From Planctomycetota bacterium (GTDB taxonomy: Bacteria > Planctomycetota > Phycisphaerae > Phycisphaerales > SM1A02), in the NCBI GenBank assembly GCA_003671055.1, contig QWPV01000045.1:1-24000 (forward strand): a stretch of 24,000 bases of DNA, given 5' to 3'. Position 1 is the stretch's first letter; the number at the start of each line of letters is the position of its first letter. The notes under the pieces were generated by a model, which did not search any database, had not been told where the DNA came from, and was given only the letters and a program-made list of their open reading frames with translations. Positions 6,652-15,719 of the stretch are shown one piece after another. The translations under genes and the position numbers were made by a program.

Positions 6652-8838
6652 TTACGATCCGCCGTACTTCGCCATTGTCTCGAAGTTCTTGCGGAAATAT
6701 CCGCCTGCTGTGTTCATTGGACGGCTGAGGACGACGCCAAGAAGCTGCGACTTCGAATCCGAAAGTTGTGCTGCCATGCGAGCGACAAGTCCGCGCTGCT
6801 CCTGGAATGCACGCGCCACGATGATGGCCGCGTCCATTCGATTCGCGAGCGCAACGCCATCCGCCGCAACGACCGCTGGAGGGACATCGAGAATCACAAG
6901 CTCGTAGCGCGCGGCTGCTGCTGCGAGGAACTCATCCATCTTCACAGTGCCGAGCAATTCGTAGATGCGTGAATCTGGCGTACCAGCGCCGACGCAATCG
7001 ACGCCATCACACACCGAACGCACAGCCTCAGTGAATCCGCACGAGCCGCGTAGACAATCACCAAGTCCGACTGCATCAGGCTCAAGCCCAACTGCAGCAG
7101 AGAGATGCGCACGACGGAAATTCGCGTCCACAATCAACACCTTGCGACCAGACGCTGCTGCGCTTTCCGCAAGGTTTGTCACGAGACTTGTCGTGCCTGC
7201 TTCGGGCAATCCACTCATGCACATGAGTGTCTTCAACTGCCCAGCATCCATCTGCTTGAAGAGCTGACCTGCGATCTGTCGACAACTTTCCGCAAGCACA
7301 CTGCGCGGCGATTCGCGAACGACTCGTTCAGCGCGCTCCGGCGAGAGCGGATCCTCAGAGAGGTCCGGCACCATGCCGAGCAAGCGCAGGTTTGGAATGC
7401 CTTGAAGATCCGACGCGTAGCGCACGCGTTGATCGAGAAACTCGCGGAGGAAGATGAAGCCAGCCACTGCGCCGAGTGAGAGTGCTGCGCCGAGCGGAAG
7501 CATGAGCTTCCACTTCGGGAACGCCAACATGCGAGGCGTGACAGCGCGTTGTGAAATCGTCACACGACGCGCATCATCACGCGCCTTCAACTGATCAATG
7601 CTGCCGATGACTTCGAGTTGCTTCGCGCGCAGCTCAACAAGTCGGTCGCGACGATCGCGAAGTTGCTGCACGCTTGAGAGCGCGCCAGCGAAGTCCTTCA
7701 TGCGTGTCTGCTGCCGATCGAACTCTTCTTGGAACTTCGCGAGCAGCGCCGTGTACGTTTCCGCTTGATCGGAATACTCCTTGAAATCTGCGGAAAGATT
7801 GCGCTGAACCACGCGGCGCAGCAGCGCATCGTTCTCTTGCTTTGCCGCAGTGATCTGCCGTTGTGAGTCAAGCGTGGCTGGGTGATTCGGACCGAATTTC
7901 CGCTTGCTTGCTTCCGCGCCGATCATCAGAATGTTGACTGACTGCCCAATGTCGAGCAGTTGTGGGTCTTGCTCAGCTTTGCGGATGTCGTCGAAGGTCG
8001 GCTCGAGGCGACCATCCATCTTGTCTTGCGTTTGAGTCCGTCGTGATTCGGACAGTGTGAGGAAACTCTTCGAATCGTTGATCTGCCGCGTCGTGTCCTC
8101 AAGAATGAGGAGCATGTCGTTGCGGTCGTCGTTCAACGACGTCATCTTGTTCTCAGTGATGAAGACGCCGATCGCCTTGTCTAAGTCAGCCAACTCATTC
8201 TCTTGCGCCGTCAGCTGCTTCGCGAACGCATTGCGGTTCTGTAGGAATCGATCGTCAGCGCGGCGGCGCTCCTCGGCCTCATAGGTCTCCGCGATGCGAT
8301 TGAGCACCACGGGAACGTCGTCAGCGACGTGCGTCGACCACGAGAGTTCGAAGTACGCAGTGCGTCGCTTGTGACCAGCACTTAGTTCATCTTCAAGGTC
8401 ATCCACTGCGTCTGCAGGGATAAACGTTCCATTTTCATCGCGATAGTGCTGACTCCACACCGTCTGCTCGACATCGCGATTGGAGACCGCGCGCTCAAGA
8501 AGTTGACGCGACAAAATACGGGCTGCTTCCGTTTGACCGAGGCGCTCGACTGCTTCTTCCGTGCGATCGTCGTTCGTGGTGACGTCGGTCGATGAATCTG
8601 GTGACGCCTGCAATTCAAACAGCACGTTGCCCCAATAGAGCGGATAGAAGATTGAGCACGCAACCTGACCAACGGCACCGAGGCCAATTCCAGCAACGCC
8701 CGCGAATGCGAGGGTCCAGGCATGTTGACGGAGGATCCGCATCGGGTCGATGCGTGATGCTGTCGACACCGCCTGCGCTGTTCGCGGGCGATTGGGTGCG
8801 AGCCTTGGTTCGGTCGGTCTGGAGGGTGCGGCAGTCAT
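6652..8838 (-). CDS. Polysaccharide co-polymerase (Wzz/GumC-type chain-length determinant) fused to a BY-kinase-like P-loop domain with a degenerate Walker A
   Basis: 728 aa. TM1 is at about residues 41-62 and TM2 at about 444-465, flanking a long charged coiled-coil region (PCP2a topology). The C-terminal domain has GLPEAGTT (Walker A position, Lys replaced by Thr; nt 7189-7212), LIVDANFRR (Walker A') and LVILDVPP (Walker B). The tail has only two Tyr residues. Confidence 0.85.
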   Translation of the reverse strand: MTAAPSRPTEPRLAPNRPRTAQAVSTASRIDPMRILRQHAWTLAFAGVAGIGLGAVGQVACSIFYPLYWGNVLFELQASPDSSTDVTTNDDRTEEAVERLGQTEAARILSRQLLERAVSNRDVEQTVWSQHYRDENGTFIPADAVDDLEDELSAGHKRRTAYFELSWSTHVADDVPVVLNRIAETYEAEERRRADDRFLQNRNAFAKQLTAQENELADLDKAIGVFITENKMTSLNDDRNDMLLILEDTTRQINDSKSFLTLSESRRTQTQDKMDGRLEPTFDDIRKAEQDPQLLDIGQSVNILMIGAEASKRKFGPNHPATLDSQRQITAAKQENDALLRRVVQRNLSADFKEYSDQAETYTALLAKFQEEFDRQQTRMKDFAGALSSVQQLRDRRDRLVELRAKQLEVIGSIDQLKARDDARRVTISQRAVTPRMLAFPKWKLMLPLGAALSLGAVAGFIFLREFLDQRVRYASDLQGIPNLRLLGMVPDLSEDPLSPERAERVVRESPRSVLAESCRQIAGQLFKQMDAGQLKTLMCMSGLPEAGTTSLVTNLAESAAASGRKVLIVDANFRRAHLSAAVGLEPDAVGLGDCLRGSCGFTEAVRSVCDGVDCVGAGTPDSRIYELLGTVKMDEFLAAAAARYELVILDVPPAVVAADGVALANRMDAAIIVARAFQEQRGLVARMAAQLSDSKSQLLGVVLSRPMNTAGGYFRKNFETMAKYGGS

Positions 8839-8909
8839 GTAGATTCTCGGTCAGTTCCATCGTGCAGATGGCAGGGTCGCCTTGAGCAAACTCTTGTAAT
8901 ACCTCATGC

Positions 8910-11900
8910 TTAGGGGCCGAGCTTCCTCGACAACTCCTCGATCGCGGCCGAAGTCTCGGCATCTGGCTTGAGATTACGAGCACTGTTCAATGAAGTCCTG
9001 GCCTCTTCTCGCTTGCCCTTGATTTCGTAGGCCTGTGCAAGATGGAGCGACGCAGCAGCAGATGGGCGAAGCCCCGAAGCGCGTCCGAGGACCGTGATCG
9101 CTTCATCCACCTCGCCCGAAGCAATCAGGAGCACCGCGAGGGTATCGAGATACTCAGCGCGACCTGGCTGCATTTGCACCGCACGTTGAGCGAAGGGAAT
9201 GCCCTTCTTGGGATCCTTCTCGCACTCATTGAGGAGGAACGCGTAGTTGTTGAGAATGGTGTCTGCATTAGGTGCAAGCGCGATCGCGGTCTCGAATGCT
9301 TGGATAGCGCGTGCGCAATCACCTTCACTCTTCCGAATGAAGTACAAGCCACCGAGCTGATCAAGAAGTTGCGAGCGCAACATTGGAATGGACTCAAGTT
9401 CTGCTGAAGCCACAGCCTGTTCGAGCATCTCAATGCCACGAGCGCGGCTGGACTCATCGCTAACGGCAAACTGCGCGAGGTACACATTGTCAAAGGCAGA
9501 CTTCGTCCCGCCTGCGATCTCGGTGACGAGCGTGTCAAGTGTTGCGAGGTCTGCGCTCTTGAACTTGATCTGCACGGCAGCATGCCACCCACCGATGGGT
9601 TGTGTGTTTCCTGATTTCGCTAGTGCCGTTGCGGTGCTTCGCGACTCACGCAGGTATCGCATCGCTTCTTCGCGATCACCTTCTGTGAGAAGCGCGAGAC
9701 CAACGATGGCCTGCAGAGAGGTGCTCTGTCGAATCAGGGCCGCGCGACCCCGCGCGACTGCGAGGACGCCCTTCGCATCGTTCGCGCGCAACAGCGCTTC
9801 CGCGGCACGAACATAGACATTGATGTCGTTGCCATACTCGGCTGCGCGCATGTAAGACGCGGCACCGTCGGCAAAGTCGCCACGACCGACCAAGAGATCG
9901 CCAAGCGCGATGTGCCAGTTTGCGTATCCGGGGAGAATGCCAATGCCCTCACGGAGGGACGCTTCGGCCTTCGACACTTGACCAGCGTCGATGCACAAAC
10001 GGAAATATCGCTCACGCGCCTCGGTCGACAGCGGGGCGACTTTCAGGAAGCGCTCGAGCTCAAGCACAGCTCCCACAGCATCGCCGCGCGATAAGAGCAC
10101 TTCACTTCGCACTGCTGATGCTGCGAAGTACGCAGCGCCAATCTGCACAGCTCGATCTGCGACGGCAAGGGCTTCGTCAGCACGCGAACGGATTCCGGTG
10201 ACTTCAAAGAGTTTGCGCTTCAACTGCGCGTCTTGCGAGAATGGCATCGGGTTTCCTGGCGCGAGATCTTTCGCACGAGCGAAGAATGGAAGCCCCTTCT
10301 CATAGGCAATCACTGCCGCCGTTGAATCGCCTGCGTTGCGTGCAGCATCACCTGCGGACATCTCAATGACGCCGCCGAGCATTTCCAACTGAAGATCTAC
10401 TTTGCCACCGATCTTCGATGCTGCCTCTGCAGCGGATCGCGCTCGATCAATGTTGTTCGCGCGGAGTGCCGTTTCTGCCACACGAACAAATCCGGTGCGC
10501 GTGGGCTGCGCGAGAACGACCGCCTCGAACAGCGGAAGCGCGCGCACGGGATCACGATCGTTAAGGAGCGACTCGCCAGCAGCAAGAGATGCAGAACGGC
10601 TTGTAGCATCATCTCGTTGCACGATCTCTACGATCGTCGCGTCGACCGTTACGAAATCGCCATCGAGATATGCATCGTGCATTCTCAGCAGCAGTGGATA
10701 CCAACTGCCGGTCGGCCCGCATGCAGTGATGCAGGCATCGATGACTGCCTTTGACTTCACCGCTTGACCGACGTTGCGAAGGTACGTGGCGTGCGCCGAA
10801 GCAATCAGCGCATTCGTGGGATTCTTTGCCGTCAGATCCTCGAGCACCGCAATCGCCTTGTCGCGCCACAACTGACGCTGATCATCCATCTGCTTCGTTC
10901 GTTCGGCGACAGGCAAAGCAGTCCACGCTGCCTCGCTAAACATGGGCTTGCCTCGCTCATCGATAACATCCGCTCGCTCAGGCGTCGCACTTGCGAGTAA
11001 GGCGACGTACGCCATCGCATTTTGCGTGTCATCGGGGCTCGCGTCGTAACGCGTTGCGCGCATGCGCCGAGCCAATGGCTTATCACCTTGCGTCGACTCC
11101 AAACCAAGCCACATGTCCGCGATCTGGCTGTCCTCTCCTGCGGTGCGTCGAATCTCGCGCAGCACCGAGAGTGCGCGCGCGCTATTGCCGACGCGAATAA
11201 GCGTTTCAGCGTAGATACGCGCCGTTGCGACATCGTCTGGCCGGCGCTTGTAGGACTCTTCGAAAGCTTGCAAAGCACCATCGATATCGCCAAGCTCTAG
11301 GCGCGCGACGCCTAGTGCTCGATACACAGTCGATGCGTCAACGCCCGACGCGAGTGCGTCGTCGAGCACCTGTAGCGCTCCACGCGTGTCGCCCTTCACG
11401 AGCAACATGCGCGCTCGCATGATGGGCATCTGGGTTCGGTCGCGTCCACCCTGGGTCACTAGTTCGATCAGCGCATTCATCGACGCGTCGTCCTTCGCGA
11501 TGAGCGCGTCTTGGAACTGCGCCTCAATGAGCATGGGATGGAACTTGTCCGCTTCGATCGCTTTCGCTTTCGCTTCGGGAAGCGCATCCTCAAGTTTCTT
11601 CGCGACGTCCATTGCGACCGCGGCTGTGGGAAGCCCCAAGGCCGTCTCATTCGTCGCACGCTCACGGACAAAGATCGACTCTTGTTTTAATCGCATGTAG
11701 AAACTAATTGCACGCTCGATCGGATCTGCGGTGGATTCCTCAACGAGCGAACGAACACGAGTCACTGGATCGTCTGAGGACCCAAACGCCTGAATCCGAA
11801 TGAGCACGGAGTCTCCAGGAAACTGCAGCAACAACGCGCTGATCTCTGCGCGCGCCTTCTCTGGTGGTCCTTCATTCGCGCTCAATGTCGCGAGCATGCG

Positions 11901-13727
11901 AGCGAGTCGCACATCATCCGGCGCCAGCTTAGACACATCACTGAGCTTCCGCCGCCCCTCAGCGAATCGCTTTTCGTTCACGAGCGTCTGCACTTCACGC
12001 GCAAGCACAAAGATCGGATCGTTACCGCTAGCGAGCGTGATGTCGCCTTCGAGGTATTGGCGCGCAGCCTTCAGGAGCGCGAGCATGTCGGGGTCTTCGG
12101 GAAGCGCGCGAAGCACCATCTCGGCAGACGCAATCGCCTCGGGTGCTCGCGTGCTCTCGAGCGCAAGCTGCGCGTGCGCACGAAGCAAGATGATGTTCCC
12201 TGGCGACGACTTCAGCGCGAGCGTGATGAGATAGAGCGCCTGCCCCTTCTCGCCGATCTCTCGATTACAAAACGCCGCGAGCATCGCGATTTCAATATTC
12301 TCACGCGAGAGTGTTACCTCGCCTTCACCCGATGCACCACTAAACCCCTTGATGATCTCATTGAACTTTACGATGGCATCGAGGTACTTCTTCTTCGCGA
12401 AGGCAATCTTGCCGTCCACGCGTGCGAGGGGAAGTGGATTCGTCTTCGCGTCAATTTCCTTCTCGATTACTACGCGAATCTCTTCGCATCGTTTAATGGC
12501 CGCGTCGCGTCCAGCATCGTCGGTGGTCTGGCCAATGGAGTCGTAAGCGATGTCGAAGAGGAGTGATGCGGCTGACGCGCGGTTGTCCTCGAAGGTCGCC
12601 GAGAGAAGACCCGTTGTCGGTCGCACTGCATCGAGCAGCAGACGCGCTTGCAGTTCTGCCGTTGTGCGATCGGTCATGCGCAGCAGCGATGCGTAGGTCT
12701 GGCGTGCGAATAAGTCTTGTGGATTTCGATCAAGCCAAGCTTCGAGCACATCGCCCGCGGGTTCCACACCTGCTTGTTGACGGAGCAACGCGTTGAGCGT
12801 GTCCATCAGTTCTGCGCGCTGGGTTGCTTGGGCGGCGAAGGGCGCAAACTGCGCAGGGTCGACAAGCGCGTCACTCACGGTTCCTCCGACGGCGCGAAGA
12901 CTCGCCGCAGCGAGGCGTGTTTGCAATGAATCTGGCGACACAAGGAGCAGTTCTTCGAACGCGGCTTGTGCAAGAACTTTCGACTCTTCTGCTTCTCGTC
13001 CGCGCGCAGCGTTGAGCGCAGCGGCCGCAACACTCGAGTGCAAACGGGTAAGCAGACTCCACGCAGTCGCTTGATCATTTCCTGCCGACGCCTTCGCGGC
13101 AGCAGTGAGATCGGCAACCACGGCTGCGCGTTCATCAGGCGTCAATACACCCACGCGACGGAATCCCGCGTTTCCACGATGCAACTGCGCGAGGGCCTGC
13201 AGCGGCGAATCGGATGGCAACGACTTGCTCATCTCATCCACCGCGTCTTCGATCGCCTTCCACTCACCTGCCGAATCCGAGAGTGCGGCGCGTGCTTCAA
13301 TCTCCGAGAGATAATCCGTCCACGCTGCAGCGTCTGTTCGCTTCACGCGTGCTTCGCTTGCGATCACCGAAATGAATTGCTGGTAGCGCTCGCGTGCTTC
13401 GCTCGACGTGCGCGCGGTGTAGGCGCGCAACGCACCCTCGTACTTCCCGAGGTACTCGAGGTTGGTGGACTTTCGTCGTACTGCGCGACCGTACTGATCG
13501 ACGGCCGTCTTCAAGTCGCCAGCAGCAGTCGCGCGATCACCCGCAACGATGTTGCGCGTGGGACCGAGTGGGATCCACGACCACGTGATCGTTCCGTTGT
13601 TCTGGAGGAACGCGAGCAAGATCCCGAGAGCCATCACGCTCGCAACCCCGATGAACGCAAGCGCCATGCCGCTCTTCATCTTCTGCTTCTTCTTCGCCGC
13701 TGGTTTTTTGATCGGTGTGGTGGCCAT
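8910..13727 (-). CDS. Giant membrane-anchored TPR / all-alpha repeat protein (PEP-CTERM-system PrsT-like by context)
   Basis: 1605-aa ORF. The N-terminus has a Lys-rich tail plus one TM (MALAFIGVASVMALGILLAFL) and no lipobox Cys. The rest is Ala/Leu-rich helical repeats, with clear TPR units near the C-terminus (for example AEYLDTLAVLLIASGEVDEAITVLGRASGLRP and ASLHLAQAYEIKGKREEARTSLNSARNLKP). It lies directly downstream of exosortase and EpsI. Confidence 0.85.
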   Translation of the reverse strand: MATTPIKKPAAKKKQKMKSGMALAFIGVASVMALGILLAFLQNNGTITWSWIPLGPTRNIVAGDRATAAGDLKTAVDQYGRAVRRKSTNLEYLGKYEGALRAYTARTSSEARERYQQFISVIASEARVKRTDAAAWTDYLSEIEARAALSDSAGEWKAIEDAVDEMSKSLPSDSPLQALAQLHRGNAGFRRVGVLTPDERAAVVADLTAAAKASAGNDQATAWSLLTRLHSSVAAAALNAARGREAEESKVLAQAAFEELLLVSPDSLQTRLAAASLRAVGGTVSDALVDPAQFAPFAAQATQRAELMDTLNALLRQQAGVEPAGDVLEAWLDRNPQDLFARQTYASLLRMTDRTTAELQARLLLDAVRPTTGLLSATFEDNRASAASLLFDIAYDSIGQTTDDAGRDAAIKRCEEIRVVIEKEIDAKTNPLPLARVDGKIAFAKKKYLDAIVKFNEIIKGFSGASGEGEVTLSRENIEIAMLAAFCNREIGEKGQALYLITLALKSSPGNIILLRAHAQLALESTRAPEAIASAEMVLRALPEDPDMLALLKAARQYLEGDITLASGNDPIFVLAREVQTLVNEKRFAEGRRKLSDVSKLAPDDVRLARMLATLSANEGPPEKARAEISALLLQFPGDSVLIRIQAFGSSDDPVTRVRSLVEESTADPIERAISFYMRLKQESIFVRERATNETALGLPTAAVAMDVAKKLEDALPEAKAKAIEADKFHPMLIEAQFQDALIAKDDASMNALIELVTQGGRDRTQMPIMRARMLLVKGDTRGALQVLDDALASGVDASTVYRALGVARLELGDIDGALQAFEESYKRRPDDVATARIYAETLIRVGNSARALSVLREIRRTAGEDSQIADMWLGLESTQGDKPLARRMRATRYDASPDDTQNAMAYVALLASATPERADVIDERGKPMFSEAAWTALPVAERTKQMDDQRQLWRDKAIAVLEDLTAKNPTNALIASAHATYLRNVGQAVKSKAVIDACITACGPTGSWYPLLLRMHDAYLDGDFVTVDATIVEIVQRDDATSRSASLAAGESLLNDRDPVRALPLFEAVVLAQPTRTGFVRVAETALRANNIDRARSAAEAASKIGGKVDLQLEMLGGVIEMSAGDAARNAGDSTAAVIAYEKGLPFFARAKDLAPGNPMPFSQDAQLKRKLFEVTGIRSRADEALAVADRAVQIGAAYFAASAVRSEVLLSRGDAVGAVLELERFLKVAPLSTEARERYFRLCIDAGQVSKAEASLREGIGILPGYANWHIALGDLLVGRGDFADGAASYMRAAEYGNDINVYVRAAEALLRANDAKGVLAVARGRAALIRQSTSLQAIVGLALLTEGDREEAMRYLRESRSTATALAKSGNTQPIGGWHAAVQIKFKSADLATLDTLVTEIAGGTKSAFDNVYLAQFAVSDESSRARGIEMLEQAVASAELESIPMLRSQLLDQLGGLYFIRKSEGDCARAIQAFETAIALAPNADTILNNYAFLLNECEKDPKKGIPFAQRAVQMQPGRAEYLDTLAVLLIASGEVDEAITVLGRASGLRPSAAASLHLAQAYEIKGKREEARTSLNSARNLKPDAETSAAIEELSRKLGP

Positions 13728-13775
13728 GATGGTTGACTTTATGGGCGGTTGATGAGGGAGAGGTGCAGTGCAGGT

Positions 13776-14687
13776 TCAGGGAGTTTGTGTGCTCGATGGC
13801 TGCCCGAGCGATTTCTGCTCCCAAACAGGCCAATCGGGGAGGCGCTTCATGACATGCGGAAGCAGGTCACCCAAAAACGCGCTCGTTTCTTCTTCAAACT
13901 TCGGGACCATCGTTCCATCGGCGCCATCGACGACGCCAGACATGGTGAGTTGAATCTTGCAGTAGTAGGCGTAGCGGTTGGTGAGATCGAACGCGATGCC
14001 TCGCACGCCGAGCGCTGAAGCCGTGGTACGACCGTTCGCGAGAAAGAAGTATCCACCGACCTGCCGGATGCGAGGGTTCGCGGGATCTTGAAACTCAAGC
14101 ACGCGCATCGAGAGATCTTCAAGCGGCATCGTGACGCGTTCGAGTTCGGCGGTGAATGGGTCGCGCACGATTGCGGTGCGATACGGAAGACCCGTCGCGA
14201 GATTCGCAGGTCCCTCCAACGCTTGCCAATCCGTCATGTTCAACTGCACCGCGGAGGTGGTTGCTTCACGCGTCATCTCCAAACCATGCACGGCCCAGCA
14301 TCGCTCAGGGATGTGCGGGACCGCGTCGATCGTTCCGGTGTAGTAGGCGATGTGCAGCATGATCACGCCGCGCTTCGGGTCACCATCAAGCGCATAGATG
14401 CGATCGAGATACTGCTTCGTGCCGAGTTCTTCGATGAGTGCATCCGCGTGTCGTGCATCCTTGCCAACACGCGACCAATGACCGATCTTTGTAGGAATCG
14501 TGTCAAATCCCTCGCGAAGCGGCACTGATTCCTTCATCAGAAACAGATTGAGCTGCGCAACAGCTGCGCGGAACCCAAGCGCTCCCACAACCAGCATGCC
14601 CAAACCCACGCCATACGCGCGATAGACGTTCGCCTCAAGCCGCATGCGCGCCCCCTTCGGTGTCGGCATCTTCTTCATCCGCTTCAT
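13776..14687 (-). CDS. EpsI-family exosortase-associated protein (DUF3485)
   Basis: N-terminal TM (AYGVGLGMLVVGALGF), followed by FDTIPTKIGHWSRVG, LHIAYYTGTIDAVPHIPERCW and VGGYFFLANGRTTAS...RYAYYCKIQL. These match my recollection of conserved EpsI/DUF3485 blocks. ATG candidates lie at 14687, 14678, 14669 and 14645, and all of them overlap the exosortase 3' end (stop at 14635). Confidence 0.8.
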   Translation of the reverse strand: MKRMKKMPTPKGARMRLEANVYRAYGVGLGMLVVGALGFRAAVAQLNLFLMKESVPLREGFDTIPTKIGHWSRVGKDARHADALIEELGTKQYLDRIYALDGDPKRGVIMLHIAYYTGTIDAVPHIPERCWAVHGLEMTREATTSAVQLNMTDWQALEGPANLATGLPYRTAIVRDPFTAELERVTMPLEDLSMRVLEFQDPANPRIRQVGGYFFLANGRTTASALGVRGIAFDLTNRYAYYCKIQLTMSGVVDGADGTMVPKFEEETSAFLGDLLPHVMKRLPDWPVWEQKSLGQPSSTQTP

Positions 14688-15609
14688 CCTCAGCGGGCGT
14701 GAAAAGATATCGAATGACCCAAAGTACGCCTAAATACAGCGCAAGCGCAGGGACGAGCCAGACAAGTCCAATGAAGGAGTGAAACTCGCCCGTGGTGAAA
14801 TTCACATCAAACCAACCGAGCACGCCAAGCGTGACCACGCGCAGAATGTTGACGCCGAGCGACACCGGAAAGCCCGCAAGCACAAGCAGTGACCGTTGCC
14901 AGAAAGAACTGAGACTCGTGTAGGCGATCAACACGCCGAGGGCGAGAAACGCGACAAGCATGCGCATGCCCGAACACGCTTCTGCGACATTGAGTGATTG
15001 CGGTTCCTCGTTGTGCCAGACGGTCAACACGTTGCCGCTTCGCTCTACATCCGTGAAGGATGCGAAGCAGTAATACGCGCCGATGCTCGACCAGTCCTGC
15101 ATACGTTCGGTGACGGGACGGAGAATGCCATCGCTCACCTTCTGTCCAAACACGATCCAGTAGCAGATCGCGAAGAGCATGTACTTCGTTGCGCGCGTGC
15201 CGAGAATGAGCCAGCACAAACCGATGAGCGTGAGACCAACACTGCAGCCGCGTGCGTTGTGATGTTGCGCAAACCAACCAGGCCCAAAGGTTGCGAGTGC
15301 GTAGCCAAGGATGCCGAGCAGCACGACTGCCATCGCTGGCCAACACGGACGAAACGCGACGGCGAGGATTTGCTCGCGGCGTAGCCACACGAGGTAGGCA
15401 GAGATAAACGGGATCGCAAACGTGTGACCCCAGTCGGACGGCTCTTCAATCGACATGCGCCACTGCGCGACGAAGTACGTCCAGAACCCTACGACATAAA
15501 TCCCAAGCAACAGCAGACCAAGCAACCACGCCTGCATCGGCTCAATCGAAACAACACGCCCGTTGCGTATCGCTGTTTCTGGTGTTGTGATTGCCGCGGT
15601 GGAGGTCAT
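14635..15609 (-). CDS. Exosortase (EpsH/Xrt family transpeptidase)
   Basis: 324-aa polytopic membrane protein. It has the N-terminal SDWGHTFAIPFISAYLVWLRR block and the signature residues Cys212 in NVAEACSGMRML (codon 14974-14976), Arg257 in VNILRV and His277 in GEFHSFIG. The C-terminal tail is acidic (AEDEADEEDADTE). The subfamily cannot be assigned by eye. Confidence 0.9.
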   Translation of the reverse strand: MTSTAAITTPETAIRNGRVVSIEPMQAWLLGLLLLGIYVVGFWTYFVAQWRMSIEEPSDWGHTFAIPFISAYLVWLRREQILAVAFRPCWPAMAVVLLGILGYALATFGPGWFAQHHNARGCSVGLTLIGLCWLILGTRATKYMLFAICYWIVFGQKVSDGILRPVTERMQDWSSIGAYYCFASFTDVERSGNVLTVWHNEEPQSLNVAEACSGMRMLVAFLALGVLIAYTSLSSFWQRSLLVLAGFPVSLGVNILRVVTLGVLGWFDVNFTTGEFHSFIGLVWLVPALALYLGVLWVIRYLFTPAEDEADEEDADTEGGAHAA

Positions 15610-15719
15610 GCGCCTTGAGTCAGTGTGGTGAACGCTTCAGCAGGATTCGAACTCCTGCGGAGAGCACGTTGATCGGCGCACTCGACTCGAAGGTTGAGCA
15701 AACTCACGCACGATGCCAT

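Noticed and set aside
15640-15658. Hairpin GCAGGA-TTCGAAC-TCCTGC, resembling a tRNA T-arm, in the export-exosortase spacer
   Set aside because: The loop fits TTCRANY, but no complementary acceptor 5' strand (CTCTCCG or a wobble variant) exists ~70 nt upstream. The conserved G53-C61 pair is A-T here, and no D or anticodon arm can be drawn. It is not a tRNA or a convincing tRNA remnant. It may simply be an intercistronic stem-loop.
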